Assembly: GCA_021815445.1 (NCBI GenBank)
Contig: JAKAGM010000001.1
Span: 595,710 to 659,709, forward strand
Source: a bacterium
GTDB lineage: Bacteria > Patescibacteriota > Patescibacteriia > UBA10025
Length of the DNA: 64,000 nt
Direction: 5' to 3'
The notes beneath the pieces were generated by a model. It was given only the letters and a program-made list of their open reading frames with translations, was not told the origin of the DNA and did no database searches. Shown here piece after piece: positions 6,412-19,788 of this stretch (within the stretch, counting starts at the first letter, position 1; every line of letters begins with the position of its first letter). Made by a program: the position numbers and the translations under genes.

Positions 6412-7869
6412 TCAGGCAAGCGGCGCCATCCGAGTATGCCAGTCAGTCGCCTGCTCATACGCATGGGCGACCTTGAATAATGTTTTTTCGTCAAACGGTG
6501 CTGTCATGAATTGGAGTCCGACGGGAAGTCCGCGGACAAATCCGCAGGGCACCGATATTCCCGGGGCATCGGCAATGCTCGCGGGGGTGGTGAAAATATC
6601 CGAGAGATACATCGTGAGAGGGTCGCTGAACTTTTCACCGAGCGCGAATGCCACCGTAGGCGAGGTCGGTGCAACAAGGCAGTCGACTGTGTCGAACACC
6701 TTGGTAAATTCATGTTTTATCCTTGCACGGACTTTTTGCGCCTGAAGATAATACCGGTCAAAGTAGCCCTGGGACAGCGAAAAAGTGCCCAGGATAATCC
6801 TCCGTTTAACTTCTTCGCCGAGTTCATCGCCGCGAAGGCGCCTGTACGCCTCCCTAAATGTGGACGAACGGGGAAGTTTGGATCCGTATCGAACCCCGTC
6901 GTAGCGGGCCAGATTTGAGGATGCTTCGGAAACCACGGTAATGTAATATACAGCGAGTGAATACGGGGTAAGCGGCATATGCACCTCTTGAATCTTGGCA
7001 CCCAGTTTCTCAAGCTGTTTGAGCGCCTTGCGGACGGTTTTTTCGACTTCAGGGTCCATCCCTTCGATAAAATATTCCTTGGGCACGCCGATACGCATGC
7101 CGGTGATGTCCCCAAGTATTTCCTGAGGGATAAAGAGCTGTTTTTCAACCGTCGTTACATCGAGGGAGTCCCGGCCCGCCATAGCGAGAAACACGGCAGC
7201 AGCATCACCCACCGTTTTGGTCACTGGTCCGATTTGGTCGAGTGAGGACGACAGGGCGATCATGCCGTTGCGGGAAACTCGGCCGTATGTCGGTCTCATA
7301 CCGACGACGCCGCACAGGGACGCGGGCTGCCGTATGGATCCGCCTGTGTCGGTGCCGAGCGCCGCACAGGACATCGCGGTGGCGATAGCCGCTGCTGATC
7401 CGCCCGACGATCCGCCGGCTACCCGCGAGGGATCCCACGGATTCTTTGTAGCGCCGTACGCGGAGTTTTCGGTGGAGGCCCCCATGCCGAATTCGTCCAG
7501 GTTTGTCTTGCCGATGAAGAGGGCGCCCGCTGAGCGAAGCCTGTCAACCACCGTCGCATCATACGCACCTTTATAGGTATCGAGAATCTTGGAGCCCGCG
7601 GTTGTTCTGACGCCCTTCATGAGAATATTATCTTTGACGGCGATGACTGTCCCCAGAAGCGGGCCCGCATTTTCGCCGCTTGAAATTCGACTGTCGAGAG
7701 CGCGAGCCTGCTCAAGCGCTTCGTCAGCCATGACTGTCAAAAAAGCGTTCAATGAACCGTTGACGTCATGTACGCGTTTAAGGTATGCAGTCACTAACTC
7801 CACCGCAGAATATTGTTTTGCGATAAGCGACGATCTGATATCATCTACGTGGAGATTCTCAAGACGCAT
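6412..7869 (-). CDS. gatA: Asp/Glu-tRNA amidotransferase subunit A
   Basis: Amidase signature GGSSGGSAAA, GTDTGGSIRQPA, SSNLARYDGVRYG, EVKRRIILG. Confidence 0.97.
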   Translation of the reverse strand: MRLENLHVDDIRSSLIAKQYSAVELVTAYLKRVHDVNGSLNAFLTVMADEALEQARALDSRISSGENAGPLLGTVIAVKDNILMKGVRTTAGSKILDTYKGAYDATVVDRLRSAGALFIGKTNLDEFGMGASTENSAYGATKNPWDPSRVAGGSSGGSAAAIATAMSCAALGTDTGGSIRQPASLCGVVGMRPTYGRVSRNGMIALSSSLDQIGPVTKTVGDAAAVFLAMAGRDSLDVTTVEKQLFIPQEILGDITGMRIGVPKEYFIEGMDPEVEKTVRKALKQLEKLGAKIQEVHMPLTPYSLAVYYITVVSEASSNLARYDGVRYGSKLPRSSTFREAYRRLRGDELGEEVKRRIILGTFSLSQGYFDRYYLQAQKVRARIKHEFTKVFDTVDCLVAPTSPTVAFALGEKFSDPLTMYLSDIFTTPASIADAPGISVPCGFVRGLPVGLQFMTAPFDEKTLFKVAHAYEQATDWHTRMAPLA

Positions 7870-8152
7870 CTTTGACTGGCGGTACGCGGATAAGGCGATC
7901 TCGGACTTCGGGTGCGGCCTCGATCATTTTTTCCGCATCACCATAAGGCCTCACCTGATCTTTTTCAGTGACATCATGGAATTTCTCCAGGTGAAAATCG
8001 ACATGGTCGCCGGATGTGTCTATGTCCTGGATCTTTTTGACGTATTCGAGGACAGACGAAAGTTGCGATGAAAATTTTTCTTTTTCACCGGCTGTCAGGC
8101 GTATACCGGCAAGCCGTGAAAGATGGTCGATATCCTGTGATGTGAAACTCAT
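7859..8152 (-). CDS. gatC: Asp/Glu-tRNA amidotransferase subunit C
   Basis: IDHLSRLAGI...QLSSVLEYVKKIQDIDT...IRVPPV; overlaps the gatA start; start moved to ATG 8152. Confidence 0.9.
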   Translation of the reverse strand: MSFTSQDIDHLSRLAGIRLTAGEKEKFSSQLSSVLEYVKKIQDIDTSGDHVDFHLEKFHDVTEKDQVRPYGDAEKMIEAAPEVRDRLIRVPPVKDAS

Positions 8153-8202
8153 ACATTTGTAGTATAGCATTTTATAGTCCAAAGACGAACCTAAGGGCGG
8201 AC

Positions 8203-8481
8203 TTGACAAGCGGCACCATTCCAGGTATCCTCCCTTTTCGGACTATTGCTCATTGATCGTCTTTTTTCCAAGCCACCTCTCGTTTCCAACGAGAAAATGC
8301 GAAGTGTACTTGAAAAGAAGACGCATCTGGGGCCTTCGGCTCGTCCTGGCTTCCCTACAGCCATGGATATGCATGAATGAGTCGGAGGCTCCCCCTTATT
8401 TCTGGGACCTATCGGATATTCGTCGAATGCTTGTCCCCCCCGCAAGCGCAACGACGAAGAGGCCGGTGGTCCCTTTTTCTT
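8203..8481 (+). ncRNA. Candidate structured non-coding RNA with its own promoter
   Basis: TTGACA-17-TATCCT (8203-8231), then nested complementary segments, ending GGGACC...GGTCCC plus a T-run; no convincing ORF. Confidence 0.45.
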
Positions 8482-12098
<3,617 letters not shown>

Positions 12099-12101
12099 AG
12101 G

Positions 12102-12905
12102 CTAGTAATTTTTATTGATCACGCCGCTCATTATCTGGCGTGTCGATACGATAGTTTCAAGTGAAAGCTTCCCCTGGTCGCGCGGTTGGCCCACGGCGCC
12201 TTGCGACCGCATAATAATCCTTACCTTTGGCTGGAGGTTGCCTCCGTCGGAGTAGTATTTGCATGGTGAATTGTCACCTGAACAGCGATACGATTTCCAC
12301 TGGTATGTCCCACTGACTGCATCGCAACTTAAGTCCGGGAGATGACAGGTATAGACGGCTCCGGGATCAACAAATGGATCTGCGCTTGGGGTGATTATGA
12401 AACGCAACCCAGTGATTGACACCTGCGACGGAGTGATGTTGAGCCAGTCTCCTGGACCGCAAGGATCGAGCTTGGTTGTTTTTTTACAGTACTGAAGCGT
12501 GTTGGATCTCAGCGAAAAGTAGATATAGCTCCCCGACTGGTCTATCAGAGCGAGCGTAGTGACGGAAGAGGCGGCGGGATCAGGGTAAAGGTCTATGGCG
12601 CAGTCAACGCCTGCCGTACATGCATTTCCGTTCAGCAAAATACCGTTCAGATTCGGGTCCATGTAGTAATAGTAGTTGATCGATCCCAGGCGGATCTGCT
12701 GGGCAACTGCCTCGATGACGTAGCGCATATCCTCCTGTATCCTCTGCGTCGAAGCGATGCGTTTTTGCACCCCGCTCACGGTGACGAAAAGGTTGACGGC
12801 GATCAAAGACACGGTGGTAAAGATGCCCATCGCAACAATCACCTCAATGAGGGTAAACCCCGATTTGCGCCGTTTGTTTTGTGTTGTGAGAAGTTGACTG
12901 CTCAT
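12102..12905 (-). CDS. Type IV minor pilin (PilW/PulJ-like)
   Basis: KSG/FTLIEVIVAM N-methylation motif; start moved to ATG 12905. Confidence 0.85.
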   Translation of the reverse strand: MSSQLLTTQNKRRKSGFTLIEVIVAMGIFTTVSLIAVNLFVTVSGVQKRIASTQRIQEDMRYVIEAVAQQIRLGSINYYYYMDPNLNGILLNGNACTAGVDCAIDLYPDPAASSVTTLALIDQSGSYIYFSLRSNTLQYCKKTTKLDPCGPGDWLNITPSQVSITGLRFIITPSADPFVDPGAVYTCHLPDLSCDAVSGTYQWKSYRCSGDNSPCKYYSDGGNLQPKVRIIMRSQGAVGQPRDQGKLSLETIVSTRQIMSGVINKNY

Positions 12906-12912
12906 GTTTGAT

Positions 12913-13596
12913 TTATCTCCAGGCATACAATCTGTCTTCGAGGAGAACCTTGTGGGCGGTAGCCGAGTAGTCTGGCCAGCGTACCTCCACTCGTACTTGC
13001 ATTCCGACTTCGGTACTGGTACCGCAATCATTGCCAGAAGTATTAGGCCTGGTTTCTAAAACTGATTCGGTGGGGGGCGATACTGTTTTGTCCCAGCAGA
13101 TTGGATTGAGATAGATGAGGCGGTAAAAGTTAGTTGGAGAACTTGTTATTAATGCGCCTGTAGCCTGCATGAATTCATTATTCAACGAACGTATCTGGCT
13201 GCAAAGGATGCCGCTTCCGCAACTACTAAAACTGGTAGATATCCATGAGGATGGATTAAATAGCAGTGTGATCGGGACCGGAATCGCCGCCGATAAAGAT
13301 CTTACAATTGGGACCGCAGTATATTCACTTTCAATAGCATTGCCCGATATACCCGTATCCCAGCTTTCGTTGGCAAGCCAGTTGCTGTCGCGGATGTTGC
13401 GGACAATTTCAATCCCCTCCCGGGCTAAGTTCAGCGCTGTTAGGCGGTCAGACGCTACACGTCCCGCGCGGACGCTGGTAACTATCACGCTGATGGTCCC
13501 GAAGGTGCCGGCGATGATCACGGCAATCGCGATAATCACTTCAATCATGCTCTGACCGGCTTGAGGTCTTTTTACCCAGTCGTGGGGAGACGTCAT
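12913..13596 (-). CDS. Type IV minor pilin (PilV-like)
   Basis: AG/QSMIEVIIAI and LAREGIEIVRNIRDSNW. Confidence 0.85.
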   Translation of the reverse strand: MTSPHDWVKRPQAGQSMIEVIIAIAVIIAGTFGTISVIVTSVRAGRVASDRLTALNLAREGIEIVRNIRDSNWLANESWDTGISGNAIESEYTAVPIVRSLSAAIPVPITLLFNPSSWISTSFSSCGSGILCSQIRSLNNEFMQATGALITSSPTNFYRLIYLNPICWDKTVSPPTESVLETRPNTSGNDCGTSTEVGMQVRVEVRWPDYSATAHKVLLEDRLYAWR

Positions 13597-14411
13597 ATGG
13601 ATGCGCTCGAACAGGATGAGTTTGTTGTTGGGGGACAGGTATCTATGTCTTCGGTAACCTGGCCGGTAATCCCGTTAACGCTTACCTTCCTGCACCTTGA
13701 CGTATCCCCTCCCAAAGTGAGCCAAATTTTAAGCGACTGTATCGTCACATCTTGCTTGCCGCTTTTTGTTTGTGTATCAAACCTCACGATATGTCCGATT
13801 CCAAAAGGCGGCTCAAAAGTGACATAAGCTTCTTTGTGCGACAAGGAGCCGGGGGTGCAGATGAGCGAGTCATTATTATATTCGAAAGCCCAAATCTGAA
13901 CTGGCGTCTGAAGCGTTACCGATTTAAGTAAAGCGGCGTCAGTATAACTTCCACAGCTATTGTACCATCGGCACTGACCCGTAGTCGGATTATCAGTGGT
14001 CTTCACGTAGGTGTCCGGATACAGATTGTAGGCTGTCGGGCTTTGGATTTCTATCCCGTATCCGCCTTTGGGGACTTCCCCGCAAATAGTATTTCCTGAA
14101 TTATCTAAGGCAAGATCCGGATATGCAGGATTATTCTTAAGCGTGTTGCAGTCTGTCGCGGGGCAGATAACTGAATAAGACCCTTTGCAGATACTCACCT
14201 TCTGTCCGCCGACGGCATATGTCTGTGCTGTCCTAATATCTTGTACAAGATCTTGCGATGCCTGGCGCAATTGTTGCGCCTGTTGTCCGCGGTAGATATT
14301 GGCCATGACGAGCTGGGAAAAAATCCCCATAAACACAATGACGGCAAGAAGCTCAATGAGCGTAAACCCTTTTGGAGCGGACACATGGCGAGAGGAAGCG
14401 CGTTGCGTCAT
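13593..14411 (-). CDS. Type IV minor pilin (FimT/FimU-like)
   Basis: KG/FTLIELLAV and DLVQDIRTAQTYA. Confidence 0.85.
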   Translation of the reverse strand: MTQRASSRHVSAPKGFTLIELLAVIVFMGIFSQLVMANIYRGQQAQQLRQASQDLVQDIRTAQTYAVGGQKVSICKGSYSVICPATDCNTLKNNPAYPDLALDNSGNTICGEVPKGGYGIEIQSPTAYNLYPDTYVKTTDNPTTGQCRWYNSCGSYTDAALLKSVTLQTPVQIWAFEYNNDSLICTPGSLSHKEAYVTFEPPFGIGHIVRFDTQTKSGKQDVTIQSLKIWLTLGGDTSRCRKVSVNGITGQVTEDIDTCPPTTNSSCSSASI

Positions 14412-14430
14412 TGGGTTACGGGCAAGTTAC

Positions 14431-15183
14431 CTAATAAAACCAGCCGCGCGAATACCAGTCGATGAGCGACTGGCCGAAAAAAAAGGTGACAAACGTTGTA
14501 ACGGTGAGGAATGTCCCCAACGGTACGTGGCTTTTCCAGCCTTTCTTCCTGGTAAGGATAAGGACAATGCCCACTATCGAGCCGGCAAAATACGCGAGGA
14601 AAAGCGCGACGACCAGGAATTTCCACCCGAGCATTGCCCCCATAAGGGCGCCCAGGCGGATATCTCCCCCGCCGATCCATTTTCCCCGGGAGATAAGGTA
14701 TTGCAAGAGGAAAAACGCAGCTCCGCCCCCCATTCCTATCAGCATGGCGAGTGGCGGGATATGCAAGACGGTGATACTGAGAATAATTGCGACAACAATT
14801 CCGGGAATGCTCACCTGGTCGAGAATGACCGAATAGCGGAAATCCTGAACAAAAATAATGATGAGAAACACGGTAAAGAGCGCATAGGTTGCGAATGCCA
14901 ACGTCAGCCCAAAATTCAAATAGAGGAACAGGAAACTCATTGCTGCCGCGAACTCTACAAGCGGATATTGCCAGGAGATTGGTTTGCCGCACCAGCGGCA
15001 TTTGGCGCGAAGGGCGATAAAACTCAACAACGGGAAGAGATCAAGGAAGATGAGCCGATGTTTACAGTGCGGGCAGTACGAACTTCCTTTGATAAATCCT
15101 ATGCCACGATAGGTGCGATAGATTACCACATTCAAAAAGCTCCCCACAATCAGGCCCAGAATAAAAACAAGCGCCCCGAGCAT
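14431..15183 (-). CDS. pilD: Prepilin peptidase / N-methyltransferase
   Basis: GSFLNVVIYR, two CxxC motifs, QYPLVE, GGGDIRLG. Confidence 0.95.
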   Translation of the reverse strand: MLGALVFILGLIVGSFLNVVIYRTYRGIGFIKGSSYCPHCKHRLIFLDLFPLLSFIALRAKCRWCGKPISWQYPLVEFAAAMSFLFLYLNFGLTLAFATYALFTVFLIIIFVQDFRYSVILDQVSIPGIVVAIILSITVLHIPPLAMLIGMGGGAAFFLLQYLISRGKWIGGGDIRLGALMGAMLGWKFLVVALFLAYFAGSIVGIVLILTRKKGWKSHVPLGTFLTVTTFVTFFFGQSLIDWYSRGWFY

Positions 15184-15356
15184 ACTTATTCTCTCAAGGA
15201 GCTATCGTGCTGAAAAAACTTCTGTTTCATGCGCATAGTATACCACAAAAACTCCCAAACGTAAATGTCTAACCATCTCTTCTTTCACATGACGCACGTT
15301 TGAGGATGTAGCGGCAGACCTGCCCCTTATGTTCATGACCCGAGGTTGGCTAATCT

Positions 15357-15797
15357 CTATTGAAACCCATCCTGAGAAATTGCATGGGCGCCCGCCTTGA
15401 GATTTCCATACGACCTTTCGAGCTGGAAGGTCACCTGGTACCCTTCGTCATCGGGCACTCGACTGACAACATACGAAAAGCTTCCAGGGTCACTGAGCGT
15501 TGCGATGTCAGGGATCACGGACGATAGCTTGCACAGATTGACGTGCACACCGACGGTATTGCAGCCGCCGTCAGCTGCTTTGGCAAAACTTGCGTTTTGG
15601 GCGAAAAGAAATTCGAATGCCGCTTGGACCCGCGACATATCGGCAAGACGTTTCGCGTCCCGGGTTTTAGCGTGTTCGCTGTTTAAGAGGTAAAAGAAAC
15701 CTCCAAAAACTGCGCTTGCGATCAACACCCACACAAGGAGCTGGATCAAGGTGAAACCTTTGCTGGCCTGTCTGAGCGATAAAAATTGGTTTCTCAT
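15357..15797 (-). CDS. Pilin-like protein with Gln at position +5
   Basis: KG/FTLIQLLVWV and RDAKRLADM; start moved to ATG 15797. Confidence 0.8.
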   Translation of the reverse strand: MRNQFLSLRQASKGFTLIQLLVWVLIASAVFGGFFYLLNSEHAKTRDAKRLADMSRVQAAFEFLFAQNASFAKAADGGCNTVGVHVNLCKLSSVIPDIATLSDPGSFSYVVSRVPDDEGYQVTFQLERSYGNLKAGAHAISQDGFQ

Positions 15798-15821
15798 ACG
15801 ATAAGTATACACCGTGCCCTC

Positions 15822-17738
15822 CTAACGCTCAACTCCGTCAAGCGCCTGCTGGGCGTCGGTGAAAGTGCCGTCAAATTGCAGTGAAAGTTGGAACTGTTTT
15901 TTCGCCAGACCCTTTTTGCCTTCACCGAGATATATCTGCCCTGACAGGAGTGCAAGCCGGGCAAGCTGACGTTGAAGATTCGAATTTGCGGAATACGTCA
16001 CGCCGCGATATTTCTCCAGAGCGGTGCCGACAAGCTCAAGCGCCCGAGCTTCCTTCCCCTGTTTGTGATAGACACTGGCAAGGTCGTAGATAATATCCGG
16101 ATGCAAAATGGGGTCATAGCTGAGTGCGCGACTGAACGCTCCTATCGCTTCATCAAGCTTGTTCTCGGCTGTATACACCCTCCCTTGCAGTTGAAGAAGC
16201 GAATAATCTTCCGGACTGATTCGCATTGCGCCGTTGAGGTCATGCTGTGCGGAGAGAAGTGCTTCGGAGTTATCGATTGACAGCTCACGAGCACCGGCGC
16301 GTAAAAGGTAGTCAGGGTTCGGATCATACGCAAACGCCGCTTCGTATTGCTGTGCCGCTAACAAAGAATCGTTGCGGGAATCTGCACTTGTAGCGGCCTG
16401 GGAATACGCCCCGCCGATAAAAAGCTGCAGTGCCCTCAGAAAAAGTATGAATGCCAACAATACGACTACCCCTCGTACGACTCGATATCCTCTGCCCGGC
16501 GTGAATTCCCGCTCAGCATGCGTCATACCGGCGGCAAGACCGGCGACAAGCCAGAAAATCAGCGCGACGGAAGGAAAATAAAGCGCAAAATCAAACGCTG
16601 CGTGCGCCATCCCTGCGAGCGTTCCAAACGCGAGGCTGATACCCAGCCAGTACTCCGGCGTTCCCTTCTTAGTCAACAAGAACTTCACAAATTGCCTGAT
16701 GACTATCACCAGAAAAACAAGAAAAAGTGCGGCAGCCAAACCCCCGCCCTCGGCAAGCAGCCCGAGGTAGTAGTTATGGGAATACCGGGGCTGCTCTATG
16801 AGAGACGTGGCGTACCGGGGATACAGCTTTTGGAATGTCCCGAGGCCGCTTCCCGTGAAAGGGTAATCGGCAAACATGCGGATATTAATCTGGTTGAAGG
16901 CCAGACGCTGGGTAAAGCTAGTGCGGACGTTTTCCGATGAAATTGTCGTACCGAGAGAAAACGCCTTTGTAATACTTTTTGTGATGACCAGCCGGGCTCC
17001 GATGAGCAGAAGGCACAGGGCAAGAAACGTGCAGAGAATGACCAAAACGCGTTTTCGGGAAATGTGAGGTCGGATGAATGCAAGAGCAATGAGCCCGACT
17101 ATGAGTCCGCTGACCCAGGCCGTATAGGAAAAAGAAAAAAGAAGTGAGAGGATAATGACGCTTAAAAACACCGCAAATACCTTTCTCGCGCCGCCCTTCC
17201 GCGTGGCGAAAGACCAAAGTGCGAGAGGAAGAATGATGATCAGATACCCGCCAAGCACATTGGGGTTGCCGAGAAGCCCGCCGCTGCGCAGTTCGCCTCT
17301 GACCAGCGATATTATCACGCTAGAGGCGGCGACCAAGGATCCGATGCTGACAAGGATAAGTACGAGCGGCTGTGTTAACTTCTTATATTTCCCGAGCATC
17401 CCTCCCGACGCAAAGACGCACGCATACCCAAGCGAGATCAGCCACTGGTGGAAGCTGATATAGAGATTCTTAGAGAAAAATGAGATAGCGAGAAGAGCAA
17501 GGAGAAATAGCGCCAGGATGATGACTGCGGGGTGGCGGATAAAAGGAAAAATATATTCATCCTCCAGAGATCTGATAAGAACAAAAACGAGAAAGAACGT
17601 CAAAACGAAAAGAATGGCGATAAGCCAGGGGTTCCAATCGCCAATGATAAGCGTGCTGAAAGCCAAAAGCAGGCAGAGCGTGCCTATCACTATTCCCTCG
17701 CGGAACGAAAAACGCTGGTGTGGTATGTCAGTAGCCAT
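15822..17738 (-). CDS. O-antigen ligase / O-oligosaccharyltransferase-like membrane protein with C-terminal TPRs
   Basis: Multiple TM segments; GNPNVLGG, PFTGSGLGTF, HNYYLGLLAEGG (Wzy_C); TPR-like repeats. Confidence 0.85.
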   Translation of the reverse strand: MATDIPHQRFSFREGIVIGTLCLLLAFSTLIIGDWNPWLIAILFVLTFFLVFVLIRSLEDEYIFPFIRHPAVIILALFLLALLAISFFSKNLYISFHQWLISLGYACVFASGGMLGKYKKLTQPLVLILVSIGSLVAASSVIISLVRGELRSGGLLGNPNVLGGYLIIILPLALWSFATRKGGARKVFAVFLSVIILSLLFSFSYTAWVSGLIVGLIALAFIRPHISRKRVLVILCTFLALCLLLIGARLVITKSITKAFSLGTTISSENVRTSFTQRLAFNQINIRMFADYPFTGSGLGTFQKLYPRYATSLIEQPRYSHNYYLGLLAEGGGLAAALFLVFLVIVIRQFVKFLLTKKGTPEYWLGISLAFGTLAGMAHAAFDFALYFPSVALIFWLVAGLAAGMTHAEREFTPGRGYRVVRGVVVLLAFILFLRALQLFIGGAYSQAATSADSRNDSLLAAQQYEAAFAYDPNPDYLLRAGARELSIDNSEALLSAQHDLNGAMRISPEDYSLLQLQGRVYTAENKLDEAIGAFSRALSYDPILHPDIIYDLASVYHKQGKEARALELVGTALEKYRGVTYSANSNLQRQLARLALLSGQIYLGEGKKGLAKKQFQLSLQFDGTFTDAQQALDGVER

Positions 17739-17794
17739 TTTGCACCTAGTTATCCAATTTCATTGTAATGCACTCTAAGAAGCTCGCCCAAAGA

Positions 17795-18274
17795 CTAAAG
17801 CGCCGAACATGAACTTTGAATTGAAGTGTCCCCCGTTTCATCGGAGACGACAAACTTGCCAGCGTATGTAGGGGACTCGAGCACCGCGCAAAGACGATAC
17901 TTGGAGTTTACGCCATTATCAGTATCATAGCTATAATACACGGTTGACGAGTTGACAGGGTCTACGAAGCGTCCTGCTAAGTATTCCGTAACAATGGGAT
18001 TCGTTGCCGCATCAGCATCCCAGATAGACCCTCCAGCAGCCACATAACTCAGATCCGCAGCCCCACCGCCGGCAACAGTAGCAGGATAGGCTCCGTTCGC
18101 GTCATGGTAGAGTGTCAATGCGAGACGAAGCTGGGCAAGATCGGACTTTCGCCGCGCATCACGCGCGTTTTCCCTCGCTCCATTGAGTGACACAATCCCA
18201 ATCACGGAGAGATAGCCGATAATCGCGATGACGACAAGAAGCTCGATAAGCGTAAACCCTCTCTCTTTTCTCAT
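17795..18274 (-). CDS. Type IV pilin
   Basis: RG/FTLIELLVVIAII and ARDARRKSDL; start moved to ATG 18274. Confidence 0.9.
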   Translation of the reverse strand: MRKERGFTLIELLVVIAIIGYLSVIGIVSLNGARENARDARRKSDLAQLRLALTLYHDANGAYPATVAGGGAADLSYVAAGGSIWDADAATNPIVTEYLAGRFVDPVNSSTVYYSYDTDNGVNSKYRLCAVLESPTYAGKFVVSDETGDTSIQSSCSAL

Positions 18275-18349
18275 CGAAGTGTAGTGCATAGAACCTAGCA
18301 AGTATAGCAAAAAAGGCCCGGGCTGATAAGCATCAATAATACCTCAATC

Positions 18350-18426
18350 ACACCATGCTGAACCTTTAGTCCTGATGAAAATCAGGATCTCAGCATCCCG
18401 AGGTACAACAACGAGACTCCAGGGTC
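18350..18426 (+). repeat. Palindromic intergenic (REP-like) element
   Basis: ACACCATGCTGAACCTTT...ATCTCAGCAT...ACAACGAGACTCC; a related inverted copy lies at 42448-42536. Confidence 0.7.
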
Positions 18427-18469
18427 AGACCCGAAGTGGTAAGCAAATAAAGCCGGTGAAGCTACGTCA

Positions 18470-19060
18470 CTACCGTATCGCAAAAAGTCCCGTCCACACC
18501 GCCAGTTGATTGCCGAAATAGATGGTGATAATGACGGCCAGCGGTATAGACAGCATCACGGAGATGCGGTCTTCCATCTTTTCTTTTTTGAGTGCAACTC
18601 GGAGCAGTTTGATAATAACAGTCAAAACAAATACCAGCCCGAGGAATATGAAGAATACCGGCCAACCGGAAATAGCTACCCCGAAACAAAGTAGAACAAT
18701 CTCCTGCGGTGTAAGCCACTGGCGCCCCTTTTTTGTAATCAAAAAGAATATGCCATAGAGCGCCGCCCCAATAGTCAACGAGACCCCTAATGGTCCCAGT
18801 TCGCTCCCTATCAGCTGATAGATCTTATGCGAATATGGGAGTGTAAAATATTTTGCTATATCATTGCTCGTTTGCCACGAGTGATAGATTATAAAACCCC
18901 AAAGCATAATGCGGAAAATCGAAAGCACGGTGTAAACCAGTACTCCGTACCACAAGAGCTTTAAAGAAACCTCACGGTTGCGGATTAAAACGACTAAAAT
19001 ATATGCAAAAAATAATCCAACAAATATCGCGACTGCCCATGTGAGAAGAAAGTTAATCAT
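18470..19060 (-). CDS. Polytopic membrane protein, possibly a degenerate A24 peptidase-like fold
   Basis: About 5 TM segments; the C-terminal half parallels PilD but has TPQEIVLL where PilD has GGGDIRLG. Confidence 0.7.
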   Translation of the reverse strand: MINFLLTWAVAIFVGLFFAYILVVLIRNREVSLKLLWYGVLVYTVLSIFRIMLWGFIIYHSWQTSNDIAKYFTLPYSHKIYQLIGSELGPLGVSLTIGAALYGIFFLITKKGRQWLTPQEIVLLCFGVAISGWPVFFIFLGLVFVLTVIIKLLRVALKKEKMEDRISVMLSIPLAVIITIYFGNQLAVWTGLFAIR

Positions 19061-19074
19061 ATTTTAGAGTATAC

Positions 19075-19110
19075 CAAAAGATCGACCCTCTTTGGAAGTG
19101 TCGATCTTTG
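19075..19110 (-). terminator. Terminator after the major pilin
   Basis: AAAGATCGAC/GTCGATCTTT stem. Confidence 0.7.
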
Positions 19111-19136
19111 GATTTGTCAATCTCTTGAATTACCAA

Positions 19137-19712
19137 CTAGAACGTACAAGTCGTCGCGCTACAAGCAGTCGTATGGCCAGTAGCAGTCTTCCCATTTGCC
19201 CCGGTGTTGTCCAGGTAGTAGTACTGAGTTGTGCCACCCTCTAACTGAGTGTATAACACGTACGCAGAAAACTGGTTTGCCTCGTTCGTGTCATAACAGT
19301 AATGGTTGGCAGTTGGGTTGGTTGAGCTAGAGGCAGCAGGAGGTTTCAACGCATTGCCAAGATATGTGGGTATAAGCTTAGCAGTGGCGCCTGTAACCGT
19401 TCCAGTCATGATATTAGCACCGCTTGCGCTAAAAGCGCCGCCAGCCATGAGTTGCGTGGTTGAAGCGCCGGTATTATCTACACAATCCGACGAAGTCGCC
19501 GCAGTTGCAGCTATCTGAGGCGGATACATTGAGTTATTGTCATCATAGTAGAGTGAGAGTGCGGTGCGGAACTGCGCCAAGTCAGACACGCGCTGCGCGT
19601 CGCGAGCCTTTTCGCGGGCGCCATTCAGGGCGACAAGACCGATAGTCGACAAAATACCAATGATGGCGATAACCACCAGAAGTTCGATAAGCGTAAATCC
19701 TTTCTTTCTCAT
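19137..19712 (-). CDS. pilA: Probable major type IV pilin
   Basis: MRKKG/FTLIELLVVIAIIGIL; own promoter, strong SD (AAGGGGGTGA) and terminator. Confidence 0.85.
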   Translation of the reverse strand: MRKKGFTLIELLVVIAIIGILSTIGLVALNGAREKARDAQRVSDLAQFRTALSLYYDDNNSMYPPQIAATAATSSDCVDNTGASTTQLMAGGAFSASGANIMTGTVTGATAKLIPTYLGNALKPPAASSSTNPTANHYCYDTNEANQFSAYVLYTQLEGGTTQYYYLDNTGANGKTATGHTTACSATTCTF

Positions 19713-19788
19713 TTCAATCTCACCCCCTTTCGTAAGTAGAGATATCTCTTTTCTTATTTTCGCCGTGGATGTCCCACAGGCACATACT

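Noticed and set aside
6412-8152. gatB missing from gatCA
   Set aside because: Split gatCAB arrangements are common; gatB may lie outside the window.
14299-15213. 304-aa + strand ORF and 197-aa alternate-frame ORF over pilD
   Set aside because: Shadow frames of a well-supported gene.
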